Below, piece by piece: positions 31,903 to 42,797 of a stretch of 64,000 nt of DNA. The DNA comes from an uncultured Acidobacteriota bacterium (lineage in GTDB: Bacteria; Acidobacteriota; Vicinamibacteria; Vicinamibacterales; CAVVIG01): positions 258,651-322,650 of the forward strand of contig CAWBMO010000006.1 of NCBI GenBank assembly GCA_963789965.1, written 5' to 3'. Under the pieces are notes generated by a model, which saw only the letters and a list, made by a program, of their open reading frames with translations, was not told the DNA's origin and searched no databases. The translations under genes were made by a program, and so were the position numbers. How positions within the stretch are numbered: the stretch's first letter is position 1; the number at the start of each line of letters is the position of its first letter.

Positions 31903-33203
31903 CGAACGAAGCGCCGGATCGTCCCCGCCTCGTGCATGCGATGGCGCAGAAGCGGTGGCTTCGCGTCGCACTGTTGGTGGCGGTACTGTTGCGCGTGTTG
32001 GCATTCTGGGTAGTTACGCAACACCCTGAACGGGCGATTTCACCAGACAGCCCGGCGTACCTGGAGTTAAGCCGACACTTCGTGGAGGCCTTCGTGGCGG
32101 CCGATGCGGAGTATCGTTCAGACAGCGTGCGCAGAACTCCCGGATACCCGTTGTTCTGCCACTTGTGGTTCCGTCTGTTCACCGACAGCGTGACGTCTAT
32201 CTTGGTCGCACAGAACGTCCTGTCGCTGATCTGCGTCGGCATCGTATTTGTTCTGGCTCGTCGCATGGTTGGCCCAGAAGCCGCGAGCTGGGCGGCGGTG
32301 CTTGTCGCGATGGATCCCCTTGCGATCACATACTCCAACATGATCCGAAATGAGGTGCTGTTCACGGTTGTCCTCGCGCTTGGCGTGCTGCAGTGGCACT
32401 CATCGCTCACCCGACCTCACGCGGCCAGTGTCGCTGCGGTCGGGCTGCTGTTCGGCCTCGCTACGCTCGTCCGTCCCGTCACGACCTACCTGATCCTGTT
32501 CCTCGTCCCGGCTGATATGTGGTTACGCCGACGGCGCGCGGCAAACGCGCTGATTGGAGTCTGGATGATCGCAGGCTTCCTGATTCCGGTCGGTGGTTGG
32601 ATAGCTCGGAACCATCAACTCACTGGACACGCTGTCATAAGTTCAATCGAGGACGAGAACCTCTTGCACTACCGAGTAGCGGGAGCCGTCGCCGAGGAAA
32701 ATGGTGAAAAGCGTACGGTCGTTGCGCAACGCCTTCTCGCTGAGGCCGCACGCCTGCCGGCCGGGTCGATGCCGAGCGTGGCTGTGGCGTTTGACAAAAG
32801 CACGGTCTTGAGGTTGCTCGCTCAATACCCATACGGTGTCGCAGTCAGCACGATCCGCGGATTCGGGCACCTCCTCTTCGGACCGGGTACAGGGAGTCTC
32901 AATCAGCTGCTTTTTGACAAGGGGGATGAAGGGGCGTTCGTGATCTCGTCGTCACTCGCCGCTTATCTTCTAGTCGTGTATCTCGGGCTCGCCGTTGGGG
33001 TCGTCTGTCTGACGCGACAGGGTCGCAGCGAACCCCTGGTCCTACTCGGGACGATCGTGGTTTACACAGTGCTGATCTGTTCAGGTCCAGAAGGGTACTC
33101 GCGCTTTCGAGCTCCTCTGATGCCGCTGTTTGCCATCGTCGCGGGGGGCGGCTTTGCGAGCCTGGGCGATCTCGGCAATGTGTTCCGCTTCTCGCCACGA
33201 TGA
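31899..33203 (+). CDS. GT-C membrane glycosyltransferase (ArnT/GT39-like)
   Basis: PDSPAY, RTPGYPLF, RNEVLF, LVRP, WIARN, RFRAP motifs; many TM segments. Confidence 0.7.
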   Translation: MTNEAPDRPRLVHAMAQKRWLRVALLVAVLLRVLAFWVVTQHPERAISPDSPAYLELSRHFVEAFVAADAEYRSDSVRRTPGYPLFCHLWFRLFTDSVTSILVAQNVLSLICVGIVFVLARRMVGPEAASWAAVLVAMDPLAITYSNMIRNEVLFTVVLALGVLQWHSSLTRPHAASVAAVGLLFGLATLVRPVTTYLILFLVPADMWLRRRRAANALIGVWMIAGFLIPVGGWIARNHQLTGHAVISSIEDENLLHYRVAGAVAEENGEKRTVVAQRLLAEAARLPAGSMPSVAVAFDKSTVLRLLAQYPYGVAVSTIRGFGHLLFGPGTGSLNQLLFDKGDEGAFVISSSLAAYLLVVYLGLAVGVVCLTRQGRSEPLVLLGTIVVYTVLICSGPEGYSRFRAPLMPLFAIVAGGGFASLGDLGNVFRFSPR

Positions 33204-34330
33204 AGATTCTGCAGGTCGTGCAGAAGCCACAGAGGCGTGGTGCCGAAGTGTTCGCTTTTCAACTCAGCCAGGAGCTGAGGTGTGCGGGCCACGAGGTCAG
33301 GACGGCCTACCTTTATCCGAACGAGGAGGAGAACGCGCTGCCTCTAACCCAGTACGACACAGTATTGGGCGGTCGAGAGCACCACTGCTTTGAAAAGCTT
33401 CCCGGCATCCACCCGTTGCTGCTGTGGCGTTTGCGACGTGTCGTTGAGAAGATCCGACCCGACGTCGTACAGGTGAATGGCAGTCGAACCGTCAAGTACG
33501 GTGCAGCAGTGGCGGCGAGCGTGCGGCAACGATCCTGGGTCCTCATCTACCGGAACATCGGTCAGCCTCGTGACTGGATGCCGGCGCGACGCCGCTCGAT
33601 CTATTCGCGGCTGGTGATGGCCAGGCTGAATGGCGTCGTGGGAGTCAGTCGTATAACGCTCGAGAACGTTCAGGAGCTGTATCAGCTGTCAGTGCCGACG
33701 ACTCACATTCCATGCGCCATCGACGCGGCGACGGTCGTACCCACCGTCATGCGCCCAGTCATCCGCAGGCAGACGGCGACCCCTCTCGAAGCTCCCGTGA
33801 TCGTATGGGTAGGCAGCCTGACGCCTGAGAAGCGCGTGGATCGTCTGATTCGGGCGGCGGACATCGTTAAGCGAAGCATCCCAAACCTCCACCTGTGGAT
33901 TGTCGGCGGGGGCCCGCTTCGTCTCGCGCTGGAAACACAGCTGCGTACGTTGTCCCTGGCGCCGAACACTCGGTTTCTCGGCGTTCAGGACCAGGTCGCG
34001 AACTACATGAGTGCCGGGGACCTCGTCGCGCTACCGAGCGACACCGAAGGCATGCCCGCCGTACTGCTGGAAGCGGGGCTGTTGGGGCTCCCGGTGGTGG
34101 CCACACGGGTAGGCGGCGTGTCCGAATGCGTACGGGACGGAGAGACGGGGATCCTGGTGGAGCGGAACGATGAAACCGGCCTCGCAAGCGCTCTCCGAGA
34201 CCTGCTTCAACAGCCTGAGCGGCGGTGCCGATTGGGAAGAGCGGCCAGAGTGTGGATAGAACGAAACTTCACGATGAAGGGCGTGGCTCCCCAGTATGCG
34301 GCCTTTTACCGTCAGGTGCTGACAGCATGA
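33200..34330 (+). CDS. Glycosyltransferase family 4
   Basis: GAE N-terminal motif; PSDTEGMPAVLLEA. Confidence 0.9.
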   Translation: MKILQVVQKPQRRGAEVFAFQLSQELRCAGHEVRTAYLYPNEEENALPLTQYDTVLGGREHHCFEKLPGIHPLLLWRLRRVVEKIRPDVVQVNGSRTVKYGAAVAASVRQRSWVLIYRNIGQPRDWMPARRRSIYSRLVMARLNGVVGVSRITLENVQELYQLSVPTTHIPCAIDAATVVPTVMRPVIRRQTATPLEAPVIVWVGSLTPEKRVDRLIRAADIVKRSIPNLHLWIVGGGPLRLALETQLRTLSLAPNTRFLGVQDQVANYMSAGDLVALPSDTEGMPAVLLEAGLLGLPVVATRVGGVSECVRDGETGILVERNDETGLASALRDLLQQPERRCRLGRAARVWIERNFTMKGVAPQYAAFYRQVLTA

Positions 34331-35523
34331 GTCTCAAGATCCTCTTCGTCATCGACGGGTTGGGACCCGGTGGCGCGGAACGTTCCCTTCTCGAAATACT
34401 CCCGCATTTAGCCGCTGCGAACATTGAGTCGATCGTTGCGTTCTTCTATCGACGCGAGGAGAGCCTGGAGGCGCTCTTTCGCAAGCAAGGGGCAGACCTT
34501 CGATACCTGCCCCAGCAAGGACTCGTGCGTCGCGTAATGGCGCTTCGCCGACTGATTCAGATGGAACGGCCCGATGTGGTGCACACGGCACTCTTCGAAT
34601 CAGACGTCATCGGGCGACTCGCGTCAATCGGGCAGCGTGCCGTTGTGGTCAGCAGCCTGGTCAACACGCCCTATGACCCGATTTGCCTGCAGAATTGCGA
34701 TGTCCACAAGATGAAGCTGTGGGCTGTCCGTATGATCGATAAGTGGACGGCGCGGTACCTGACGACGCACTTTCACGCCGTCAGCGCGCCGGTCAAGGAG
34801 GCAGCCGTCAAGATGCTGCACCTCCGGCCAGACCGCATCACCGTTGTCGAGCGCGGGCGGAACAGCTGCTTTGGCCAGCCCAGTCCGGAGAGCCGGGCGC
34901 AAGCTCGGCTGAAGTTCGGCTTAAAGGACTCCGACGAAGTCATCGTCAACGTCGGCCGGCAGGAGTACCAGAAAGGACAGCGGTTTCTGTTGGAAGCAAT
35001 GGAGGAGGTAGCGCGCCGGCGTCCGCACGCCTTGCTGCTCATTGCCGGCCGCCGCGGCCGCCAATCGAAGAACCTCGAAGAGATCCAACGACGAACCACT
35101 CTGAAAGGCCGGGTCCGTATCTTGGGATATCGGGAAGACGTACCGGACTTGCTTGCGAGCGCGGATCTGTTCGTCTTTCCGTCGTTGTACGAGGGGCTTG
35201 GTGGAGCACTGATCGAGGCCATGGCGCTGGGGTTGCCCATCGTCGCATCGAGGGTTCCGGCGATAGAAAGTGTGGTGGAGGAAGGACGCAATGCTCTGTT
35301 GGTCGAACGGGGGTCCGTCGCTCCGCTGGCGGACGGCATCACCGAACTGCTCGCGGATCGTGAACGACGAAGGGCGTTTGGACGCCGGGCTCGCGCAATT
35401 TTTGAAGAACGGTTCACGCTCGACCAGTGCGCGGCGAGGATGATTGCGCTCTATCGGAGTTTGGCGGCACAGAACGACCGACTGGCACTCGACCGGCCGG
35501 CATCCGAACTTCGCTGCGGATGA
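34327..35523 (+). CDS. Glycosyltransferase family 4
   Basis: GPGGAE; PSLYEGLGGALIEAM; ATGA overlap with the previous gene. Confidence 0.9.
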   Translation: MSLKILFVIDGLGPGGAERSLLEILPHLAAANIESIVAFFYRREESLEALFRKQGADLRYLPQQGLVRRVMALRRLIQMERPDVVHTALFESDVIGRLASIGQRAVVVSSLVNTPYDPICLQNCDVHKMKLWAVRMIDKWTARYLTTHFHAVSAPVKEAAVKMLHLRPDRITVVERGRNSCFGQPSPESRAQARLKFGLKDSDEVIVNVGRQEYQKGQRFLLEAMEEVARRRPHALLLIAGRRGRQSKNLEEIQRRTTLKGRVRILGYREDVPDLLASADLFVFPSLYEGLGGALIEAMALGLPIVASRVPAIESVVEEGRNALLVERGSVAPLADGITELLADRERRRAFGRRARAIFEERFTLDQCAARMIALYRSLAAQNDRLALDRPASELRCG

Positions 35524-36746
35524 ATCACGGTCAGCTCAAGAACCGAATCGCGGGTAGGGACTGCGGGGCCGTGCACGGGGAACGCCCCAAGGTTCTCGTT
35601 CTGATCAAAGGGCTGGGACTGGGAGGCGCCGAACGGCTGCTGATCGACTCCCTTCCTTTTCTGAATCGAGAGCAGTTCGACTACCACGTTGGGTATCTGC
35701 TGCCGTGGAAGCACTTCCTGGTACCGGAGCTCGAAGCGGCCGGGATTCCCGTTCATTGCCTGGGAGGCCCGTCCGGGGCGGGCGGCGATGTGAATCAGCA
35801 ACGGATCGGTTCGTGGGCGGCGGTAACGTTGCTGCCCCGGGCCTTGCGGCGGCTCATGGCCCTTCAGCGGCGAGAACGATTCGACCTTATTCAGGCAGAT
35901 CTGCCGATTGCCGGCATTCTGGCCCGACTGATGGGCAGGTGGGCGGCCGTGCCCGTCGTGTACACCGAACACAACCTGCAGGAGCGTTATCACTCACTCA
36001 CGCGTTGGGCTAATGCGGCGACGTACGGCTGGAACCGAAGGGTGCTGGCGGTATCCGCCGAGGTCGCTCGGTCAATCGAACGCTCTGGGCTGCTTCTTAG
36101 CACACGTGTCGTGACGGTGCCGAACGGCGTCCCAGTCGAGTTGGTTCGATCGGAAGCCGCCGCGCAGAGCGCCGTGCGAGCTGAATTGAACATTCCGAAC
36201 GAGCACTTGGTAGTTGGTACCGTCGCGGTCTTTCGTTCTCAGAAACGGCTCGACGATTGGCTGCAGGTAGCGGCACGCGTGGCCGCCCGTCGACGGGACG
36301 TGACCTTCCTGCTGGTTGGTGGCGGCCCGCTCGAAGCCGTCATCCAGACCCAGATTGCCGCGCTCGGTCTGGCACACCGCGTTCGGACTCCAGGTTTTCG
36401 CCCGGACGGTCGGCGGCTGATGAGCCTGATGGACGTGTACCTGATGACATCTGAATTTGAGGGGCTCCCGATTGCGCTCCTCGAAGCGATGACGCTTGGA
36501 AAGCCTGTGGTCTCCACTTCCGTCGGCGGGATTCCAGAGGTCTTGAAGGCCGGCCCGGGATTGCTGGCGCCCGCCGGCGCGATCGATAGGCTCAGCGATT
36601 GCGTGCTCCAACTCCTGGATGATGCACCCCTGCGCGCGCGCATGGGCAGGATGGGTGCGGACAGGGTCGAGTCCAAGCATCACGTGAGGTGCCGGGTGAA
36701 GGCCATCGAGAATCTCTACGACGAAGTCTTGCGTGAAGTAGCGTAG
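35520..36746 (+). CDS. Glycosyltransferase family 4
   Basis: GLGGAE; TSEFEGLPIALLEAM. Confidence 0.9.
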   Translation: MNHGQLKNRIAGRDCGAVHGERPKVLVLIKGLGLGGAERLLIDSLPFLNREQFDYHVGYLLPWKHFLVPELEAAGIPVHCLGGPSGAGGDVNQQRIGSWAAVTLLPRALRRLMALQRRERFDLIQADLPIAGILARLMGRWAAVPVVYTEHNLQERYHSLTRWANAATYGWNRRVLAVSAEVARSIERSGLLLSTRVVTVPNGVPVELVRSEAAAQSAVRAELNIPNEHLVVGTVAVFRSQKRLDDWLQVAARVAARRRDVTFLLVGGGPLEAVIQTQIAALGLAHRVRTPGFRPDGRRLMSLMDVYLMTSEFEGLPIALLEAMTLGKPVVSTSVGGIPEVLKAGPGLLAPAGAIDRLSDCVLQLLDDAPLRARMGRMGADRVESKHHVRCRVKAIENLYDEVLREVA

Positions 36747-37990
36747 TGGCTGTCGACGTGAATCGAGTCAAGGTCGCTCACATCGCCACGATTGACCTCT
36801 CACTCCGTTTCCTCCTGCTCAATCAATTGCGCTACCTGCGGGAAGCCGGATATTCGATCACGGGCATCTCCTCGGCCGGTCCGCACGTGGCGGCTCTCGA
36901 AGACGAGAGCATTCGTCACCTTACGGCGCCGATGACGCGGTCGGTCACACCGCTCGCCGACCTGCTGGCCCTCTGGCGGCTCTACCGAATCATGCGTCGG
37001 GAGCGCTTCACGATCGTTCACTGCCACACGCCGAAAGCCGAGCTCCTTGGTCAGCTGGCTGCGCGCCTGGCAGGTGTCCCCGTCGTTGTGGACACGTTTC
37101 GCGGCATCTATGACGGCGCCGATGTCGGCCCATTCCGGAGATGGTTGTTCCGCACGATGGCCCGGTCCGCTGCGTCGTGCGCCGATCAAGTGCTCTGCCA
37201 AAGTCGAGAGGTGATGGACGCGGCGGTTCGGACAGGAATGTGCCCTTCGGATCGGATCGCGCTCCTCGGAAACGGCATCGACATTCGTCGCTTCGATAGA
37301 ACGATGCTCGACCAACGCGACCTTAAGACCGCCCGGAAGGAACTTGGACTCTCCACACAGCCTATCGTCGGGTTCGTCGGGCGGCTGGTACGTGAAAAAG
37401 GGATTCTGGATCTCTTCGAGGCGATGCGCCTCGTGCGGAAACACTTGCCGAACGTTCAGCTGCTCATCGTCGGACCGTCCGACAACGACAAGCCGGACGC
37501 GGTCGTACCCGAGGTGGCAAAAGAGTTCGGCCTGTTGCCGGGCTGTGTCTTCGCTGGAATGCGCACGGACATGCCCACTCTCTACGCCCTCATGGACGTT
37601 TTCGTGCTGCCCTCTTATCGCGAGAGCTTCCCGCGGGTGGCGATGGAAGCCTCGTCCATGAGCGTGCCGTGCGTGGCGACGGACATTCCCGGTTGCCGAG
37701 AGGTGGTCGAGCATGGACGGAGCGGCCTGCTCGTGCCAGCCGGGAACTGCCGGGAGCTCGCCAGCGCGATACTCAGGCTGCTCACGCATCGAGCCCTGGC
37801 GCGGCGGATGGCGCGCGCGGGCCGACAGAAGGCCATCGAGAGGTTTGACGAGGACCGGGTCTTCGAGATCGTCAAGGCCACATACGCGCGGCTGCTGATC
37901 GAGAAGGGTATTGCCCTCCCGAGCTCGTCAGGGACGGTCGGGATGATGGGCAGCCTCTTCCCGGAATCGGTCGCCCATTTCACGCAGTGA
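36746..37990 (+). CDS. Glycosyltransferase family 4 (PglA/CapM-like)
   Basis: HCHTPKA, GRLVREKG, PSYRESFPRVAMEA; adjacent to the initiating transferase. Confidence 0.88.
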   Translation: MAVDVNRVKVAHIATIDLSLRFLLLNQLRYLREAGYSITGISSAGPHVAALEDESIRHLTAPMTRSVTPLADLLALWRLYRIMRRERFTIVHCHTPKAELLGQLAARLAGVPVVVDTFRGIYDGADVGPFRRWLFRTMARSAASCADQVLCQSREVMDAAVRTGMCPSDRIALLGNGIDIRRFDRTMLDQRDLKTARKELGLSTQPIVGFVGRLVREKGILDLFEAMRLVRKHLPNVQLLIVGPSDNDKPDAVVPEVAKEFGLLPGCVFAGMRTDMPTLYALMDVFVLPSYRESFPRVAMEASSMSVPCVATDIPGCREVVEHGRSGLLVPAGNCRELASAILRLLTHRALARRMARAGRQKAIERFDEDRVFEIVKATYARLLIEKGIALPSSSGTVGMMGSLFPESVAHFTQ

Positions 37991-38601
37991 CGCTTTTCTA
38001 CAGTCGCGTCGGCAAGCGGTGTCTCGATCTCTCTATCGCGACCGCCGCTCTGTGCTTGCTGTTCCCGCTGCTGGTGCTCGTCGCTCTCGTCGTGCGGTGC
38101 ACGATGGGTGCGCCGGTACTGTTTCGACAGCGGCGGCCGGGTCTCAACGGCCGCCCCTTTGTGATTCTCAAGTTTCGAACCATGCGGCAGTCCGATGACA
38201 GGGCGGCTGTGTCCACGGATGCCGATCGCCTGGACCGCCTGGGCCAATTCCTGCGATCGACCAGCCTCGACGAGTTGCCGCAAGTCATCAATGTGTTGAA
38301 GGGAGACATGAGCCTTGTCGGCCCTCGTCCTCTCCTCATGCAGTATCTCCACCGGTACTCAACGGCGCAGGCGCGCCGGCACGAGGTCAAACCAGGCATC
38401 ACCGGTTGGGCCCAGGTCAACGGACGCAACGCGCTTTCGTGGGAAGAGAAGCTCGCCATGGATGTGTGGTACGTGGATCATCAGTCGCTCTGGCTGGATC
38501 TCAAGATCCTGGCGCGCACGGTCGGGTGGGTCGTTCGAAGACGAGGCGTCAACGCGCCCGGCGAGGTCACCGTGCGCGAGTTCCTTGGAAGCGAGCCGTA
38601 A
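37987..38601 (+). CDS. Undecaprenyl-phosphate sugar phosphotransferase (PglC-like)
   Basis: KRCLD, KFRTM, SLDELPQ, GDMSLVGPRP, KPGITGWAQVNGRN. Confidence 0.93.
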   Translation: MTLFYSRVGKRCLDLSIATAALCLLFPLLVLVALVVRCTMGAPVLFRQRRPGLNGRPFVILKFRTMRQSDDRAAVSTDADRLDRLGQFLRSTSLDELPQVINVLKGDMSLVGPRPLLMQYLHRYSTAQARRHEVKPGITGWAQVNGRNALSWEEKLAMDVWYVDHQSLWLDLKILARTVGWVVRRRGVNAPGEVTVREFLGSEP

Positions 38602-38602
38602 C

Positions 38603-39296
38603 GTGCGGGTGCTCATCATCGGCGCCGGCGGGCACGGTCAGGTGGTTGCCGACATTCTCCAGTCAGCCTCGCGATACGGGAGCGACATGCAGCCTTGCGG
38701 ATACCTGGACCACAACGACGGGCTGTGGAACGAGGTGCTGCTCGACCTGCCGGTCCTGGGCTCGGTTGACGAATGTGGCAGATTCGAGCACGACACCGTC
38801 ATCGTCGGAGTCGGCGACAACATGATTCGACGAGCGCCTGTTCGAGCTAGTCTGTCGAAATGCGGCGAGCGCTTCGCGACGGCACGACATCCAAGTGCGA
38901 TTCTGTCCGCGAGCTGCATGATTCGATCAGGGCAGCGTGGTGTGTGCCGGCGTCGTCGTGAACACCGCGGCACATGTCGGGGCCAACGTGATTCTCAACA
39001 CCAGCTGCAGCGTCGATCATCACAACGAGATTGGCGATCACGCGCATATCGCGCCGGGAGCCCGGCTGGGTGGTGACGTGACGATCGGTCAGGGTGCGCT
39101 GATTGGGATCGGGGCGATCGTGCTGCCCGGCTGTCGTGTGGGAGCCTGGAGCGTCGTGGGCGCCGGGGCGGTCGTCACGGAAGACGTGGCGGACGGTGTC
39201 GTGGCAGTCGGATCTCCGGCCCGTGAAGTCGGTCGTCGAACGCGACCCAGGTCTAGGCCGACGCTCAGAGCTCGTGCGGTCTCGGTACAGCGCTAA
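38603..39296 (+). CDS. Sugar N-acetyltransferase (PglD/NeuD family), indel at ~38930
   Basis: IIGAGGHG N-domain in one frame; hexapeptide repeats with VDHHNEIGDHAHIAPG in the next frame. Confidence 0.85.
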
Positions 39297-39304
39297 CAAC
39301 AACA

Positions 39305-40449
39305 ATGGATCGCGTTTACCTGTCGCCGCCGCACGTTGGTGCGGAAGAGCGTCGCCTGCTGCTCGAGGCGTTCGATTCGAACTGGATCGCGCCGATTGGC
39401 CCACACCTGGACCGATTCGAGCTGGAATTCGCCGACCGTCTGCAGTTGCCCGCGGCCGTCGCGCTGTCGAGCGGGACCGCTGCTCTCCATCTGGCCCTCC
39501 ACATCGTCGGGGTCACGAGGCACGACGAGGTGTCTGACGTCGACGCTCACCTTTGCCGCCACGGCGAACGCCATCACGTATCTGAATGCTCGACCCGTTT
39601 TCCTGGACTCCACGCCGTCAACTTGGACGATGGACCCAGGTCTGCTGCAGGAGGAGCTGGAGGACTGCGCGCGGCGCGGTCGGTTACCGAAGGCGGTGAT
39701 GGCTGTCGATCTCTACGGACAGTGTGCCGACTACGACAAGATCGTCGCCGCCTGCAGGAGGTACGAGGTTCCGCTCATCGTTGATGCATCGGAGGCGCTC
39801 GGAGCCACTTACAAAGGAGAACAGGCGGGTCGCTTCGGGGAAATGGCCGCCTTCTCGTTCAACGGAAACAAGATCATCACCAGCGGCGGCGGGGGCATGC
39901 TCGTGTCGAGGCGCGTCGATTGGATGCGGCGCGCACGGTACCTCGCGACTCAAGCCCGGGATCCGGCGCCGCATTACGAGCATTCGGAAATCGGCTTCAA
40001 CTACCGCATGAGCAACTTGCTGGCCGCTGTCGGCCTGGGTCAGCTTCGCAATCTCGACCTGCGTCTCGCCCAGCGGCGGGCAAACAACGACTACTACCGC
40101 CGTCAATTTGCACGCCTGCCGTGGCATCGAGGTCATGCCCGAAGCGCCATACGGGCGCAGCAACTGCTGGCTCACGTGCATCACCGTGGACCCCAATCGC
40201 TTCGGAGCGAGCCGTGAGGACCTGAGACAACATCTCGAGCTGGTCAACATCGAGTCTCGCCCCGTCTGGAAGCCGATGCACCTTCAGCCGGCCTTCGCCG
40301 GTTGTCGAGTGCGCGGCGGCGCGGTGGCCGCGAAGCTCTTCGAGCGCGGTCTTTGCCTGCCGAGCGGATCAAGCCTCACTCAGAGGGACCGCGGGCGCGT
40401 CGTGGACGCCATCGAATCGTGGGGTGAATGGGGCGAAATCACGGCATGA
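39305..40449 (+). CDS. DegT/DnrJ-family sugar aminotransferase (PglE-like), indels at ~39533 and ~40120
   Basis: YLSPPH, SNWIAP, SSGTAALHLAL, FSFNGNKIIT (PLP Lys), RPVWKPMH, GLCLPSG across three frames. Confidence 0.9.
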
Positions 40450-42797
40450 GTACGCAGACCTTGCGGCGAATCGTTGCGTCCGGCGCCAGAGACCACGTCA
40501 TGGCTCGTACGGATCTGAATGGAAAGCGCAACGCTGATGAAACGCCGGTTCTTCCGGGTTGGCTGTTGCGATATCGGGGCGTGATCATCTGGCTCTTCCA
40601 CGTGGGCCTCGCGATGGCGTCGAGCTACATTGCCTTCTGGGTGCGATTCGACGGAACCATCCCATCCCAGGATGCGGCGCTCTGGAGAGATACGCTGGCG
40701 GCGCTCCTGGTTGCCCGCGGCACGATGTTCGTGGCGTTCCGTCTCTACGAGGGCCTCTGGCGTTACACGAGCGTCCGCGACCTCTTGAATATCGTTCTGA
40801 GCGTCGCGTTGAGCTCCATCCTGTTCCTCGTGGTCATCGAAGCGGAGCTTGGCCTCACGAGCTATCCGCTCTCAATCCTGCTGATTGACGCCCTTCTGCT
40901 GACCTCTCTCGCAGGTGGTGTCCGATTCATCTCCCGGATTCACCGCGACCTGGTCGCGGGGACGGGCGGGCGCAAGGTTCTGATCTACGGGGCGGGTGAT
41001 GCCGGTGAAGCCGTCGTCCGCGAGATGAGGCTCAACCTGTCGAGAGACTACAACCCGGTTGGATTTGTGGACGACGACCCTGGCAAGGTCGGGCAGCGGA
41101 TTCACGGTGTCCCCGTGCTGGGTACGCGTGAAGACCTGCCCGGGATCATGTTGCGCCAGCGGCCGGACGAAGTGCTCGTCACGATTCCCAGAGCCGAGCC
41201 CTCAACGTATCGCGCGGTGGTCCGGGCTCTTGAGCCGTTCGAAGTGCCGATCAAGACCTTGCCCCACCTGCGTGAGATTCTCGACGGCAACGTGTCGACC
41301 AGTCTGATTCGCGACCTGTCATTGGAAGACCTGCTGCGGCGCACGCCGGTCGGCCTGAGCCAGGAACCGCTGCTCGAGTTGATCGCGGGAAGGACGATTC
41401 TCGTGACGGGCGCCGGCGGATCCATTGGCGCCGAGTTGTGCCGTCAGATCGCCGCGCTCAACCCGTCAGGCCTGATTCTGTACGAGCGGCACGAGAACAG
41501 CCTTTACAGCGTCCTGAACGATCTGACCAACCATGGCGCCTTCACCGGTGCGCTGCATCCGGTCATCGGCGACGTGACCGACCGGAGTCGATTCAGATCC
41601 GTGCTGCAGCAGCATCGGCCGGAGCTCGTTTTCCACGCTGCCGCCCACAAGCACGTGCCGCTCATGGAGGAGAACATCTGTGAGGCGGTGAAGAACAACG
41701 TGCTCGGAACGAGGGTTGCCCTCGAAGAGTCGGAAGAGTGCGGCGTGGAGAGGTTCGTCCTCATTTCCAGCGACAAGGCGGTCAACCCGGTCAGTGTCAT
41801 GGGTGTCACCAAGCGGGTCGCCGAGCTGATGCTCCAGTCAAGGGCCTCCGGCGACTGCCGGACGCTCGTGACGGTCCGTTTCGGCAACGTGCTCGGAAGC
41901 AACGGGAGCGTCATTCCGCTGTTCGTCGAGCAACTGAAACACGGGGGGCCTCTCACCGTTACGCATCCCGATGTGCGGCGGTACTTCATGCTCATTCCGG
42001 AGGCGGTGCAGCTCGTCCTCCACGCCGCGGCCGCCGGCGAGCCGAACTCCATTTACGTCCTCGACATGGGGGAGCCGGTTCGATTGGTGGACGTGGCGAG
42101 GGACCTCATTCGGCTGTCGGGCTTCCGGCCAGACGAGGTGCCGATCACGTTCATCGGGCTGCGACCCGGCGAGAAGTTGGACGAGGAGCTGGTGGGACGA
42201 GACGAGGTGGTAGGCCCGTCGCCGGTTCAAAGCGTCATGCAGGTTCGGCCGCATCGCACTCCTGAGGCGCTGTGGCTGTGGGGTCAGATCAGATCGCTCG
42301 AACGGTCGGCGCGCCTCGGAGATTCAGCTGCCGTCATGAAGCGGTTGCGCACGATCGTTCCCGAGTTCGGACCAGCGACCCCGCCGAGCGCACTCCCTTC
42401 GAAGGTCACGGTCATCGCCGCCGCCGCGGCTCGCCAGCCGATCGAGGAAGAGCCTCAGGTGGCAATGGTGGCCGGCTCGGTCTGCCGCTCGTGCGCCTCG
42501 AGCAGCGTCCACCGCTCCCGAGTCGGCGGTCCCTTCGAGCAGATTCGCCGGCAGCTGACTGCCAAGCGACCGTATCGCTGTCATGCGTGCGGATGGCGCG
42601 GATGGCTGGACATTATTGATGTCGCGACACCTTCGATGATGGCGTCGGTCGCGGACCCTGACTTCAGAGCGATTGACGCGGCTCTTCGAACTCCCTTCCG
42701 CGCGTCTCCGTCGCCGTTACTTTCGGCAACGCTGTCACGACTCGACCCGTCGCGGCTGGCTCCGCCCGAGGAAGCAATAGCCCGGGACGCATCGTGA
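40446..42797 (+). CDS. UDP-GlcNAc 4,6-dehydratase (PglF/CapD family) with C-terminal Zn-ribbon extension
   Basis: N-terminal TMs, YGAGDAG, TGAGGSIG, HAAAHKHVP, SSDKAVNP, RFGNVLGSNGSV; tail CRSC...CHAC. Start codon uncertain. Confidence 0.92.
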   Translation: MSTQTLRRIVASGARDHVMARTDLNGKRNADETPVLPGWLLRYRGVIIWLFHVGLAMASSYIAFWVRFDGTIPSQDAALWRDTLAALLVARGTMFVAFRLYEGLWRYTSVRDLLNIVLSVALSSILFLVVIEAELGLTSYPLSILLIDALLLTSLAGGVRFISRIHRDLVAGTGGRKVLIYGAGDAGEAVVREMRLNLSRDYNPVGFVDDDPGKVGQRIHGVPVLGTREDLPGIMLRQRPDEVLVTIPRAEPSTYRAVVRALEPFEVPIKTLPHLREILDGNVSTSLIRDLSLEDLLRRTPVGLSQEPLLELIAGRTILVTGAGGSIGAELCRQIAALNPSGLILYERHENSLYSVLNDLTNHGAFTGALHPVIGDVTDRSRFRSVLQQHRPELVFHAAAHKHVPLMEENICEAVKNNVLGTRVALEESEECGVERFVLISSDKAVNPVSVMGVTKRVAELMLQSRASGDCRTLVTVRFGNVLGSNGSVIPLFVEQLKHGGPLTVTHPDVRRYFMLIPEAVQLVLHAAAAGEPNSIYVLDMGEPVRLVDVARDLIRLSGFRPDEVPITFIGLRPGEKLDEELVGRDEVVGPSPVQSVMQVRPHRTPEALWLWGQIRSLERSARLGDSAAVMKRLRTIVPEFGPATPPSALPSKVTVIAAAAARQPIEEEPQVAMVAGSVCRSCASSSVHRSRVGGPFEQIRRQLTAKRPYRCHACGWRGWLDIIDVATPSMMASVADPDFRAIDAALRTPFRASPSPLLSATLSRLDPSRLAPPEEAIARDAS

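Noticed and set aside
38603..40449. pglD- and pglE-like genes as true pseudogenes
   Set aside because: Motifs are intact and only isolated indels occur, matching the window-wide error pattern.
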